Shown here piece after piece: positions 12,661 to 27,679 of a stretch of DNA of 64,000 nt. The translations under genes were made by a program, and so were the position numbers. Location of the stretch: the NCBI RefSeq assembly GCF_009914755.1, contig NC_060927.1, one strand, 5' to 3'. The first letter of the stretch is position 1, and every line of letters starts with the position of its first letter. This DNA comes from the human T2T-CHM13v2.0 reference genome, Homo sapiens. The notes beneath the pieces were generated by a model that saw nothing but the letters and a program-made list of their open reading frames with translations, was not told the origin of the DNA and made no database searches.

Positions 12661-13907
12661 AAAACATTTTGTAAAGTGGTAATGTCACTGTTTTTCAAAT
12701 TTACCTCTCTGTGTTACTCAGCAAACCAATATAATCAATGATTCTGACACACTAAATATTGAGCTATCTGTTATGTAGTGGGAAAAAAAGATGCCTGTGT
12801 GTTTGAGACATGATGGTTGCTATGGAGCAGCTAACAGTCTTTTACTCTTTAAGATTTGGAAGTGAAAGTTTGTCTACGTGAAAAAAAACAAAATTAAATA
12901 TATAATATCTGATTCAATATACATTTTCAAGAACTGACTGCCTGAAATATTACTTAGTACACAAGACCTTAAAATATATATGAAGTAATAAATGATTAAA
13001 CAGTGATATGACAGGCGGTGAATGTTGACATTTTCCTGATTTTTATGAAAGAAAGCCTAGTTGTTTGACCACACATTTATTCTGTTAGGTAGTAAGCAAA
13101 GCTTTTAGTAATGAAAGATTAAAAACAGAAAAACAAATTGAAAGAGAGTTCCATAATTTAATGCATTCTAGTTATTTTGACATTCTAATAGGTCTAAGGG
13201 TGGATTTCAGTTATCGATACTTTTATGCTCTGCTATATATTGTTATACTTAGTCACTTTCAACATGTGTTCTAAAATATAAAAGTGTTTTTCCCCTCGAA
13301 ATAATTATTACAGAAATTGAAATTATTTGTATTCATTCTTTTATATTGCAATTCAGCTTACATATTTCCTAAGTAATCTTTTATTAAAGCAAGTAAATAT
13401 TATTCCAAGGATGATAGATATATCTATAGTATATAAATAGAAATGTGCTTTATGTTGTTTTTCATTTTGTTTTTTTACAAAAATTATCTTCTGCTGAAAC
13501 TAAATATCCTAAATAGGTATTAGTTTTTACTTTATAATGCTCATATTAATGGATGCCATACTATTTTGACTTCCTGTTTCAAGGCTTCTATATATAAATA
13601 GTGGATGTTTGGCCATTGTCTATCTATGAGTTGTTCAGATTGTATTTTGACCTATTTATTTAGTAGCTATGCCCTGTATCATAATTTGATATTTTTAAGT
13701 TTATTATTTTTTATAAACATAAATATATTGATCAGCTCTAGATAGGGATTGCACATTTAGAATCCTAGAAATTTGGAATAGGTTTCTCATTCTATTTTTA
13801 TGAGAATAAATGTTTAATGTATTGAGCAGTTTTGAATATTTAAAATATTATCTGCTGGTTTTTTTTAGCTGTTTTACAAAATGTGAGATACTTGTATTAA
13901 GAGGTAA

Positions 13908-14266
<359 letters not shown>

Positions 14267-14922
14267 TTAATTATATTTAAATTTAAACTATAACTGATGT
14301 GCAAAATTATTTCCTAAAATAAATTATTTTCCACTTTCTGAATTGTATTAACCAAATTCCTACCAGCTCATATTAGTTTTACACTTATAAGGTGATGGTT
14401 TTCACATGCTTGAAGTAATCTAAAGAGAATGTAGAGTTCAGCTACTAGTCATGAGGCAAGACGCACATATGCCCTTCTCAAATAAATATTATTTTTATCC
14501 TATTTCAAAGATTTCTAAGAAATATTTTTAATCCCCTTGTATCTTTTAACTGACTCTTTTAAGATGGTCTTCCTGAAATATCTCACCTAAAACCTTCCTG
14601 CAACCAGCAGAAATGTTTGTTAGCTTATTTAAGAGGAAAACAGAAAAAATAAATTGCACTTCAGGAGATAGAAGGTCACCATCCCCTGCATCGTCACTCT
14701 TTGTAGACAGGAACACCATCAGTAGAACATTCTAGTTAGAGCATTACTACTTATTTCCAATTTGCAAGTTTATCATCGCCAACCACCTTCTTTCACTGTT
14801 CTCCAATTCTTTATTTTTAGTAGAATGAAGAAGTGTTCTTCATGAATGTTCACAAATCTTTAAGGGGTCACAAAGGAGTGACAGTATATCAGACTAAGAA
14901 TTTTTCCAGAGGTACATCTTGG

Positions 14923-14923
<1 letters not shown>

Positions 14924-14962
<39 letters not shown>
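14924..14962. repeat. (TG)n microsatellite
   Basis: Perfect TG run of about 19 units. Confidence 0.95.
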
Positions 14963-14963
<1 letters not shown>

Positions 14964-17079
14964 CAAAATAACCTGAAAGCCTCTCAGTTATTCTCTCAAA
15001 TGAGTGCTATGAAAACGTTAGGTTCCAGAGGAGAAGACTCATCTCCAAAATAAGAATGAGATTCACAAAATTAAGGAGACTTCTTCAAAATCGTAGTGCT
15101 TTCACCATGGTCATTCTGGCAACAGTAATGGTTCCTCCAGGGAACATTCAGCAAAGGGAAAAAGAAAGCCACTATCCCAAATAATGTGCAGGTAGTGGTG
15201 ATGAATAAACTTTGAGTTTTAGTTTTCTCTTATCGTTCAAACCCTTAACATTTGCCACTCAAACCCTCAAAATAGGGAAGTGTTTATTCCATAAAATCTG
15301 TGCCTTTTTAAACATTTATTTTTGTAAAATCCATAAAATGAAATCTATGGTAAAATACTACAGGGTGGTATAGCTTCTTTTATATGACTAAGCTGAACCT
15401 AATGCAGACATGCTCGAAAACATACAACACATTTTGAAAGACTCAAATAATTAGCACTTTAAATGTAGCATAAATTAAAGAGATTTTTTGCTTATGTCAA
15501 ATTTTAACAGCATATAGTGAAGATAAAGTTGTAGCAGTTTATGTTAAAATCTCATTAGACACTCTTGCCTTAAATTGTTGAATTAATAAAACTATAAAAG
15601 TAGATTTTCAGTAAATGACATGCCATGTAATTTATCACTATTCTAAAAGTAGGTATTAGATGTAGCCAATTTATGAAAACTCGTTTAGTTCTTTGTTAAA
15701 CAAAATTTTAAAAATACACTTAATATAATTTTTGTCATCCATTTTCAAAATAGAAGAAGAATACATAATGATGGATGAAATGCAAAAAACAATCAAAATG
15801 CATTAGGTTTCTGAAGACCTTTTCTTATGATATGGTCTCTTTCCTCATTTATGAAGAGTTAAAATTTTAATGACCCGTCAAAGCAGAGATCCTCATTCTT
15901 CTACTGCAATCTAGAACTGAATGTCATTCTCTAAACTTTTCACAATGAATGTTTCTTTGTTTTATTTCACTACTAATTTTAATTTTATTCTATATTTTCA
16001 TATTTTTTTTAAATGTTCCCTTTCTGGTGTCTCACAGTTCCTCTCTGCCTCAAGTGGAAGGAATGAACTAATGTATCTGCCTTCATGTGACTTTTTAACC
16101 AATTATGGTTCATCAAGGTGTAAGAAACACCACAGGCAGAGTATGGGAAGAGTTTTCCTTTATTTAACGTAAATTTGGCCAATAGGGACCTGATTTTCAG
16201 GAAAAGTATAATTTTAAGGTCAAAAAATGCAAAATCATTGTTGCCTATTGATTCAACAACTAAGAAGACTAATTATGTTTAGGATTTAAGCTAGCCAAAC
16301 ACTTAGATTGTACACTGTCTAAACTTAACACAGATATGGCAAGCAGATGGTATTTCTATACTGTATTTTGCATAAAAGAGCTTTATTTAATTTTAATATT
16401 CATTTTTCAGTAACTAATCATTTTTTTCATGGTTACATTTCTTCACTGAAATTTTACTTAGTTTTCTGTTTAAAAGCTTTCTTAGGAGATGTGGTGGCAG
16501 GTTTCCATAATACTTTACAAAAATTCAGGGTATTGTGTTTATATAGTGAAATGTCATTTGTTGCTAGGATAATGCAGTTGTTACATAAATATGAAATATA
16601 GTGCTGCTCCATGTGGATATGGAAACTTTTTAACATGGATTCTCATCCAGGAATGTCTTCTTAAAATGTGGAATGCATATTTAATCAAAATCAACTAGTG
16701 AATAATTAGCTTATGTATCAGAAATTATTTGTGTTTCCTATGAGAGCATAAAAAATTTCTGATTAAAGAAACCGAAGAGATAGTCTTGAAAGAAGTCCTT
16801 ACCACACAAAGAGATTTAATATAGGATAAAGAATATATCTCAAACTAATGAGAAAGTTCATCATTGAATAAAATTTATTCAGGGAAAACTATTATTTAGA
16901 ATATTCCAAATCAAATCATTAACTAGGAAAATACCCTAAAACAAATTTTAAATGATCAAACAGATATGGTAAAAATAAAATCTTAAGAAGAGGTGCATAT
17001 AGGTGTGAATATAAATAATGATCTAAAAAAATTACAAAGCAAAAAACATGTGGCTTTAATGGGAATTTCATACATCAAA

Positions 17080-17790
17080 ATTTATTATAAACAAAATGAA
17101 AATAAAGGGTAAGCTGGGGAAAATATTTGTAATGAAAAAACCATGGTAAAATTGGCAAAAGACAAGAGCGATCAATTCTGAGAAAAAAGGCAATTACCTA
17201 ATATGCATTACAAAAAAACTTCACTCTTGCTGCAAATCAGAGAAATGCAAATTAAAACAGTAATGGTAGGCAATGTTTTTCTCATCAAATTGGACTCGTT
17301 GATTTTTCTTTGGAAAATGGTAATGCTCTGACTGCTTAGTGTATGATTTGGTAAAAATCTTCATATCACTGCAGGAGTAACTATAAAATTACATGGTATT
17401 GTGTATCTAGCACTTTAAAATTATTATACTCTTTAAATCCACTACTAGGCCTTGTCAGTGTTTAGGAAAGATAATATGGGTAGAAAAACTGTATGTGTAT
17501 AGAAAAATTTATCATTTATAATAGGGAAGGGTATAAATATCCTAAATGACCAACAGTAAACAATAAATAAAGTGTACTATGTCTGTGAAATGGAATGACA
17601 AGTCTAGTGAATGAGAATAATGTTTACAATATTGTGTTAAGTGTAGCAGGATTAGAAACCCTATATATATTGTTACCCCAGTTATGTGACAATTGATGTA
17701 CACACATGGTCATAAGGAAATGAATATTAAATTTATGAAATGTTACCAATGTTTTTCTCTGTGTGGTGTGTTTATAGTTGATTATTTCTG
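17080..17790 (+). mobile_element. Highly diverged L1ME-like 3' fragment
   Basis: aatcagagaaatgcaaattaaaacagtaatg and tatcctaaatgaccaacagta are L1 ORF2 C-terminal/3' UTR hallmarks. Confidence 0.55.
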
Positions 17791-18021
17791 TAAAATTATT
17801 TGCAAAGTCCTTTATGATCTTATCTTGCTTGTTCTTTCATAACTCCTTATATTTACCCTATCACAGTGCATAACTATACTCTGCATTTCAATTGTATGTC
17901 AATATTTTCTATTGGACAGTCAACAAATGTTAATATCCCCAGGGTCTACCATAGCACCTGTCACATAAAATCTATGCATTAAATATTTGCTAAATAAATA
18001 AATTAGGTGATTGTGTATGAG

Positions 18022-18055
<34 letters not shown>

Positions 18056-18088
18056 TACATAACATACACACAGACACACACACGCACA
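18022..18088. repeat. (TA)n(CA)n compound microsatellite
   Basis: Read directly from the sequence. Confidence 0.9.
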
Positions 18089-18479
18089 GAGTATCTGTTA
18101 TACTCACAGTGGAACCTTTTAAAATTTCAATGTTATGATACTTTTGCCCCTTGGTGGTAAAGTGCTCACTCAGGACATCAACAATAAGCATTCTGTTTAT
18201 AGATTCACCATCCTGGAACAGACTTACAGAAGGCATTGTGTTCAGTTGTGCAAACCTAAGCATGAATGCCCTGAAAATATATAGGAAAGATTATTGTTTA
18301 TTTGCTTTTATGAATCTCTTGGGCCCCAGATTTCATATACTGTGTACATAGTTTAGTCTGCTGTTTACCATCTGCATACTCATGAATTTATAACTCATAA
18401 TTACATTATTTTTTTCCTGTTGAAATGACCAGTAGTTTCATCATGTATAGAGATGGGAAACAGCTGGTCAAAATCTGAT

Positions 18480-18625
18480 CAACTCTGTGTTCTAGTCCCT
18501 AAACTGTTACTATCCAGCTGTGTAAATTCAGTTAAGTTATTTAATCTCTCCAGACCTCAGATTCTGCATCTACAAAATAAGTATCTTGCATTAGATAACA
18601 TGATGAGCAAGCAAATGCTCAATAA
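18480..18625 (+). mobile_element. MIR SINE
   Basis: Core agttatttaatctctccagacctcagattctgcatctacaaaataag. Confidence 0.6.
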
Positions 18626-19431
18626 CTGTGTAGTCTTTTCATATTTGCAATCAACATTCTATATCATTCTAAAGACTAACAGAAATAAGAAAATAACAGT
18701 TTATAAATATGCAAGAACTTTTCTACACCTCCACTAGAAGGACACCTCTCTTAAAATCCTATTTTAACTTTCCATACATACAGGTCCTGCTAGAGGCTCT
18801 ACATTGTAATATTTTTAGGAATTCTTGAAATTTTGCTATAGTGACTTAAAGTTGTGCAGTTGTTCTTAGAAAGTAAAGAGGTATCTCAGTAATGTTTCCT
18901 CTCATATTAAAGTTTGTATCCTTTGACTCAGAAGAAAATAAAATTCCTTATAGTTTTTGAAAAATAAAAAATACACCACATTAAAAACCTCACTATATCT
19001 GGTTCAAGTTGGCATTTGAAAAAAAATCTATGTAAATAGAAATAATTTTAATTCTTTAGGCATAACAATAAGAATATCTTCTCTGCATTTTTTTCACATT
19101 CCACTCTCTGTCACTTTCAACCTTATCTTTTTTTTTGTTTGTTTACCATTTGTTTTTATCATAAATGTATTTCTCAAGGTTATGCCTAAGCTTAGAAGTT
19201 TCTTCAAAGTGATGTAGGTGTATTCTTCATTTCATCACTTAATTCTATGATGCAATACTTTCCAAATAGAATTTTGCCTTTCAACAATATAATGTAAGCT
19301 CCATGAGGGATGGATTTTTCTCAATGTATTTTATTGTTTTGCTCACTCTATCCCTGGAGCCTCGAACAGTATGACATATAAAGTGGATGCTCAGTAAATG
19401 TTTAATAAACTGAGGAGCAAGCATTTATTAA

Positions 19432-19894
<463 letters not shown>

Positions 19895-21559
19895 TAAGTA
19901 ACATGTTAAATTATAAGATACAAATTGTAAATGCTTTAGTTTAGAGGAGGAAAGAAAAGCTTAACTAAGCTGGAACAATTCCTAGTGGAGCTTTACCCTA
20001 AAGGAAGAATAGCATTTGGGTTGCCCTAACAGAGTGTGGAGCCTTGGGATCATAAAGCCAGGCAGGGAGAACAAATTTGCACAATTTGTTTCTGTCAGGG
20101 TTATAGAAAAGCCAGATTCTTCATGTCCATATCTGAAGAAGCCTTCACTAACTCAAGATTTACACCACAGTCAGACTTTGATAAGAAAGTTATAGAATCA
20201 TGCTCATTCACTTTAGGAGACAATTTGCCCACAGAATTATAGGCTAGGTCTAGTAGCAATATTATATTCTGCTTCCTCAAATATGGGCAATGCTGGATAG
20301 AGTTTTGAATATCAAAGATGAGATTTCCCAGTAGGTTAAGTTTGCTTTTGGGGATTGTTCTTTTAAGGAAGACTTAGCAAAAATAGTTTTCATCTGGGAG
20401 CAAATTTATATGGCACTGTTACAAGATGCACAGTTTTGATCATGATTTATAAACAGCCATTAGGGTAGAATACAGTTGTCTTCCCACAGCAACATCTCTG
20501 AGCATGAAGCACTTTTTGGTCAAGCCCCTAGGATTTAACTGCAGGGCATTCAGTTATAAAACCGTTTTTCATTGATCTCAGCTGTTGGATCTTAACTGCA
20601 GCTTATTTTCACTTTGATTTTGAAATCCATAAATGCCAGTCACAGCATTTAGGAACTGAAATCATTGGCACAGGAATTTAAATGAAGAGTGATAAATCAA
20701 GGCTGCCAGTAGCTATTGCCTCAGCCAGATGCAAACACCACAACCACAGTGTTTAATAGCTTTGCATGCCTAATTTCAAATTAAGTGTGACAAATTAGGC
20801 AGGAAGTTAATTACTATCTTGAAACAAGTAGTCTAATGTTGATTGGGAAGGGCATCATAAAGCTGTGTTTTACCTAAACAGGATACCCAGAGGAAATATT
20901 AGAAAATAGAGATGTACAAATAATGATTAGTTCAGGTTAAAAACAAAGCAGGGCTGGGGGTGGGCAGCATTTATTATATGGCTAGTTGGATGAATCCAGG
21001 TATATGAAAAAGGACTTCCCTCTAAGAATAGCTTTTCTAGTCTAAGAAAACAAGGAAGTAAATGGACAGATTCATTAGAATCTTGGTACCTATATGGTAG
21101 ATGAGGTGAGAGGTTTGAGAGTCAGATACACCATATCTCTACCACTGTTGAGCAGATATTAGAATGCCTGTCAACTCTTCCCATGGCTAATGTGCTAAAA
21201 TGAACAATTACACATGAACTTATGGCAGATGTGCTAAAATGAACAATTACACATCAAGTTAATGTGACCTTAAAAACCTGGAGATGTTATACATCACAAA
21301 ATTTTTAACTTGTCTCTCATTTGTTTTTCTCTATTTACATTCCTGGCTCCTATTGTCTTTAGACATTTATAGGACAACAGCTTTTTCTTTAAGTGACTTC
21401 CTACTTGACCTAATGATTTTTAGTGGTGTTTGAGGGATGTTTCAAGAAAGAACCTGTTCTTTGGAGTTGCAAATGAATTTAAAGAAAGATGTGGTGCAAC
21501 CTTTATTCAATGGGATAAAGTCACAAAGCACTTCATTGTCAGATGCGCTTCCAATAGTT

Positions 21560-21735
21560 TATATTAAATCATTAAACAAACCAACCCAATGAGATGCTAC
21601 TATTGACATTTTCCAGATGAGGAAACTGAGACACAGCAAGACTAAATAAAATGTCAAGATTATATAGTTAATACATGGACAAATTAGAATTTATAAGCAA
21701 GAAATCTGGGTCCAAAGAGTGAGCTCTTAACCATT
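21560..21735 (-). mobile_element. MIR SINE
   Basis: Core cattttccagatgaggaaactgagacacag. Confidence 0.7.
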
Positions 21736-23215
21736 AGGACATTTTGAGACCTGGACCTAGGGAGAGCCACAGTTCTTAGTTATAAAACCCTAGTTATTTA
21801 GTCATAAGTTACTCAAACCATTCTTCTTGCTTCTCTACTTAATGCTAGCCAGAAACATACTTTCATCAAAAAATAAATAATGAAAAGATTAAGATAGCTT
21901 TTAACAGACTCTTTAGAAAATACGATGAGCCATCACAGTAAATTTATGGACTACAGGTGGCTTCTGAGCTATCCTTGGAGTGCATGAGCTTTTCAAGTCT
22001 CTCACCACAATGTCTTGCCTAAATTGGAGCAGGCTATAAATTGAAGGAGGATATTGAAACTCTAAATTACCCTCTATCTTTATAAAGAAAAAAATGGCCT
22101 TTGTTCTTTCATTATATTTGATCTTGATCTTGAAATAAGTGTTTTTGCTATTCATCAATATTCATATGTTTATAATATGACACATTTTACAAATGTTAAG
22201 GGAAAGTTAAGTTAAAAGATATATTTAATCAAGGAAGACTTCAAATTTAGAATGAATATATTCCCTGGTAAACCTCTACACATGCATGTATTTTGTCAAT
22301 TACAAAAGAAATGTATGCCCAGTCAATCTGGTGTTTTTTGCAGTTGCCCAAACACTCCAGACACATTTCTGCCACAAGACTTTTTGTTACTTCTTTCAGG
22401 TCTTTGCTCAAAGTCGTGCTTTGCAAATAAACATTCCATGGCCATTTTATTAAAAATTAGAATTTTTCATATCTACCACTCCTCATTTCATTCTCTGCCT
22501 TCCTTTTTTTTAAATATCATTATCTGCCAACTTAGTCATATGTTTATTTTCTGTCTCCCATCAACTTTAATGTGTGTTCCATGTATGTAAGGACTTCTGT
22601 CATGTTTACTTGCTATATTCCCTGTGCCTACAATAAAACTTGGCTCATTCTAGGCACCCAGTACCAATTTGTTGAATGTATGAATGCATGAACAGTTGAA
22701 TAAGTGAATATTCCTTGAAAGTCATGGTTTCATGAAAATAATTTATTAGCCACTTGCTAACTGGATGATCTAAATATGTCTATAATTTAGACTTTACAAA
22801 AATCTATAGTAAAACTAGCTATAAATGTCAAATATCTCTTTGGACATTTTGCTGTAGTCAATTATTAAAATACTCTGTATAATTAGCATTTTGTATAAAA
22901 GTTGATGTTAACTGCTAAGCAGAATCAATATTTATTAACCATACCTACAGTATAATCTGGTTTATAAATGTGTTTCTGGGGAAGACAAATTATTTTAAAG
23001 AAGAAGTGTTTAAAAGTGTTATAGTAGCCTATTTAAATAATTCTTACTTTTTTATTAGAAATAAATTCATTGATATATTCTCAGGGCCTAGTACAGTGCC
23101 TGGTACCCAAAAGGCATTCATATATATTTGTTCAATAAAGGAATATATGATTAAATAAAGGAATGCACTTTAAATTTTCATGAATTTTTTTACAAAGCGC
23201 CTTCCAATTAAAGGG

Positions 23216-23216
<1 letters not shown>

Positions 23217-23249
<33 letters not shown>
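23217..23249. repeat. (CA)n microsatellite
   Basis: Perfect CA run. Confidence 0.95.
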
Positions 23250-23251
<2 letters not shown>

Positions 23252-23784
23252 GCTAGGCAAATAAGGTCTGCAAACTAACACACAATGCAACTACTTACTT
23301 TTCTTAACTTACAATAATATAATAAAAATATATAATAATATAAGCAAGGTGTTGTACTTAGGAATTAGTTTCAATAAAGAATCTAATAATTTAAATTTAT
23401 GTATTAATATGCTTATAAAAGTTTAGAATAAAAATATTAAGTCACAGAATTTTGTATGCTTATATCAAAGCTGTTTTGTAAGTTATACCATCTTTTGTTA
23501 TAATTGTAATATGCAAAGTTAAAAGAAGAAAAATGATAAGATGAGGTGTGCGTTGTTAGAGAGGAAAGTATAATGTGTGGCAGGTAAACATGAAACCAAA
23601 GGTCTCTGGCTCCTGGTTTTTATTCTAATTCTGTTCACAAATTTGGTTGAATTTGTACATCATTGTAGTTTTCTGTACCAATGCTATTTATTGACATAAA
23701 CACAGCAGTTTCCATATTAATTTCATATAAGTATAATGAAGATTTGATAAAGATGCCAGATCTCTTTATGCGTCCCCCTAGAAT

Positions 23785-25746
23785 CTAACTTTTTTCTGTA
23801 AAGAGCAAGATAGTAAATATTTTCAGCTGTGCAGGTTATACATTTTCTGTCAGACTACTGAACTCTTTCCTTGTAATATGAAAGTGTTACAGGATCTTTG
23901 GGGTGTCACTTTCCTTGCTGGAAACCTCTGTGGCCTGTGGTGCCTTTGCCCAAGTTTTGCTCAGGCCCACTAGGCTCATTCCATCCACTCAGCCTGGCTG
24001 GCTTCCCTTGGCTCATGCTACCAGCCTGGATCCCATGCCTCCAAGGGAGAATGCAAATCAAGCGTGGAGTGGCAAGAAGCGTGTGTGTGAGCATGGGGTC
24101 CGGCCATTGCGCACAGTTGGACATGCCAGCTGCTTCCACAGGACAGGCAGCTCCAGGTGCCGGCACGGGCACCAGTTCTCTGCAAAGCTGGAACTGTACC
24201 AGGTGCACTGCATGTAGCTCCTCCAGCTGGCAGCAGGGAATGTGGTGGTGCATGGAAACTTGGAGACATCCGAAACTGCAGGGACCCAAAGAGGGAGCCA
24301 CAGCCCTGGATTGGGGAGCTCCCAGGTCTGGACTCCTCGAAGGCCCACAGCTCTTCTTTCCTTCTCTTAGCCCACAATATGGTGATCAAGGGGCATGTTT
24401 CAGCCCAGTTTGTGATACAGCATTTTTAGCCTCGCCATTTGGTGGGTCCCAAGTTCTTGTCCTGTAACTAGGAAGAATGAGGTACACAGACAAATGGAGG
24501 ATGAGCAAGGCAAAGAGTAGCTTTATTGAGCAATAGAACAGCTCTGAGGAGACCCACAGTGGGAAGCTCCCTCCATAACCAGGGTGTCCCCATAGCCAGG
24601 TGCCCCTGTCCTAGCAGGGCTAGGAGCTGAACATTCATTGGGACACCCTGGCTATGGAGAGGAGGGTTGCTGCTCTCTGCTAGGCAGGTCATCCCAAAGA
24701 GTGTTCAGGTCTCAGCAGAGAGCATAGCTCCTCTCTGCTAGGCATGTTGTCCCAACGAGCGTTCAGCTCTCATTAGAGAGGGTAGCTCCTCTTTGCAGCT
24801 GGTCATCCTGACAATTGTTAAGCTATCAGCAGAGAGGTTAGTTCCTCTCTGCAACTGGTCATCCTGTCGTCTGCTTTGCTCTGGCTAACCCTGGGGCTTT
24901 TATGGGCTTCAGAGGGAAGGAAGTGGGCACCAATTCATCCATGGGCAGCCATGAGTGGGCCCAAAAAAGGTATCACAAGTTCCCACTCTGGTCCACGGGA
25001 CTGGAAGCCCTCCCTGGCCTGAAGGTGGAGCCTCACTGGGGACTCTCAACCTTTGCCCAGGAGCTTGTCTGCCTCCTGCCGTCCTCCATGGCTCCCAGGC
25101 TGCTAGCGCCAAGGGGAACCTACAGGCCAGCATGTAGCTGCTGTCACCACCCCCAACATCGGCTTCTCTCTCATCACTCGTCGGTGCCCAAAATCCAGAG
25201 GGGTCCGAGGTGGCAAGGGGCTGGTGTGTCAGCACTGCCCCAAGCAGGCACATATCCGGCAGGGCTGTGACAGCGCCTGGGCTCAGCCCCAGCCCTCCTG
25301 CTCTGAGATCAGAGCAAGGACCAGGAGTAGGGAGATGCCAGGCAGCAGAAGCAGACACTCCCGAGCCTGCAGGGGCAGGGGGGGCCTTCCCAAGACCCCG
25401 AGGGTGCAGAGCACAGAGAAGCCCGGGTCCTCTGCCTGGGAGGGTGGTGCTCCCATCCACTTTGTGAGGTTTGCAGGCAGCCCCAGCTGCGGTTCCCCAC
25501 AGCCTGTGGTGGGGTTCCCACCGCTGCCACTGCTGCTCCTGCAGCCACTCCTGCCACCACCGCTTGTGCCTTCCTGTTGCAGCCGGCGCAATGGCAGCAG
25601 CGGCTCCAGATGGCCCACTGCTGCTATCGGGGTAGCCCTAGACAATACGTAAATGAGTAAGCATGCCTGTGTTCCAATAAAACTTTATTTATAAAAGCAG
25701 GCATTGGGCTTGATTTGTCCCATGGACTGTAGTTTACCATCCCCTG
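23785..25746. mobile_element. MER58A (hAT-Charlie MITE) split in two by a MER52 LTR
   Basis: Left half aacttttttctgtaaagagcaagatagtaaatatttt...tgaaag (to 23884) continues at ~25632 tagccctagacaatacgtaaatg...ccaataaaactttattt...gtagtttaccatcccctg, collinear with the MER58A consensus. Confidence 0.8.
23885..25629 (-). mobile_element. ERV1 solo LTR, MER52A-like (~1.75 kb)
   Basis: Begins tgttacaggatctttggggtgtcac and ends ctccagatggcccactgctgctatc (reverse complement of MER52 termini); GC-rich; homologous to 51586-54089. Confidence 0.8.
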
Positions 25747-27679
25747 CCCTAGATAACACCTTATGTTCTTAAGTAATTGGATGCTTTTGGTTAATATGCC
25801 CATAACTTAAAATCTGAAGAAAAGAAAAGGGAAGATTCTCCAAAGACCTACATGTTTTCTTCATTTAGAAATAAACATTTTGAAATGGGTAGCTGGTAAT
25901 TTTATTTTTAAACCATCTTAAAGAGACCTGAGCATTTAAGGCTTTTAGACTTCATAAAATAATGTGAGGCATTGTTAATCTTAACTAATGTGAAAATAGA
26001 AGTGTGATCCATTTTTATGTACATGCATACATAAAATTAAAATAATGTGATTTAAAGAAATTTTAATATAACCTAAACAAAATTCTCCCAACTAGCAGGG
26101 GAAAGGTCATAATTTATTATATTTTTCCAGTTTACCGTATTCTAATCTCCATTTTAGGATGAGCAATACAAAACTGAATTAAATGTAATGGTGACAAGTA
26201 AAATGCTAATATTTCTAATTAAGTTATTTTCACATGAGCATGATTTAAAGAGGATCTCATGTTTAAAAAAAAGAAAATAAAATCGGGCTTAAAAAAAAAA
26301 TTTGCTACCACTAGCCCAGACAACTGGTCCCAGGATTGTACCTTTCACTTTATTTGATTGTTGCTTGAAAACTTTGTAAATCCAATACAAAAGAATTGTC
26401 TTGGCAAAAGCCTGGGTAGATTTGTAAAATACTAGAGAATAGTAATATTACACTGATTTGAGCCATCAAGATAAACAAGATGGAACCTTATCCATATGTC
26501 ATTTTTTGTAACCTTGTCTTGATGAACTGCATAAACCTCTGGAAAACTAGTAAAGGATGATACTAATATAATACAAAGAAAAGTGAGAATCAGGAATTTG
26601 ATATTTTGCTTTTTTTTAAGGTGGGCCTGTATATAAGCATTTTACTAGAAGTTTCCATGAGATGATTTGCGTTTAGATAAGCTAATTTATGTATAAGGTA
26701 TGTTTATGCTCTACTCTCCATTAGAAATAAATAGGAATAAAGGGGTAGAGTCATCAAATAGAATCAGAGATGGAACTATTGAGATCTGTAGCCAATGTTT
26801 TATAACCATACCAGTTTGTTATTTTAGTGTCGAAATGTGAGTTTAATCTGCTTTTAAGTGAAAATTAGTTGCCTACACTTTTTGTTATACTGGCTTGCTT
26901 ATTCAACTTGTGAATATGGATTTCTACACCTGTGAACATTCTGCTGAGTTGAAAAAGTAACGAACTGTTTCAAAAGCCACTTAAACAAACCTAGTATGTT
27001 TTCTCTCTTATTTCTCTTATTATTTTTTTCCAATGGGTCTATCTTGGTGGGAAATCTCTTAATGCTTTTTATGAACACAGATGCATCGGTCCTTTGTAGT
27101 CTGAGATACTTTCTTGCACCCACTAAAATAGAAAACTATAATCCAATTTAATATCTGCTTTCATAATGCTTGTCAGAGTCCACCCCTATTAGAATAATAG
27201 TTTAAGATCAATAGAAAGGAAGGAAGGAAATAAAACAAAAATATTATTCACCACATCTTTCCTGAGGGTGCAGTATGTGTCATGTAAAAGTCCTTCAAAT
27301 AAATATTGGTTGACTAAAGGAATGAATGCATAAACGAAAAAAATCTTATGTTTATATTTGCTATCTCTTTCCATTTTATATTTTAAATTTGAAGTTCACT
27401 TACTTTAGCCTGGGAAGTTTTGTTCTTATTTTCCTCTTCTGACCCAAATGGAAGATAAAGTGATTTAAGTGTAAAAAGTCACCTACCGTAAAAGCACAGT
27501 GGGATAGGGTTAAGTTGGGGAAATTCTAGGCCCAAGAAGGAGTTGTATAAGGATTTCCTCTTTACTCTTTTAACTAGAACAAATATCCTATCCTTATCTT
27601 TGTTTTCTGAGCAGTAGACATTTCCACAGAATTATGACTGAAAATGCATGACGAGATAAAGATGAGTAACCTTCTACCA

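Noticed and set aside
23898-25652. Cluster of 60-190 aa ORFs in all frames
   Set aside because: Same cause: GC-rich MER52 LTR, no protein-family motifs.
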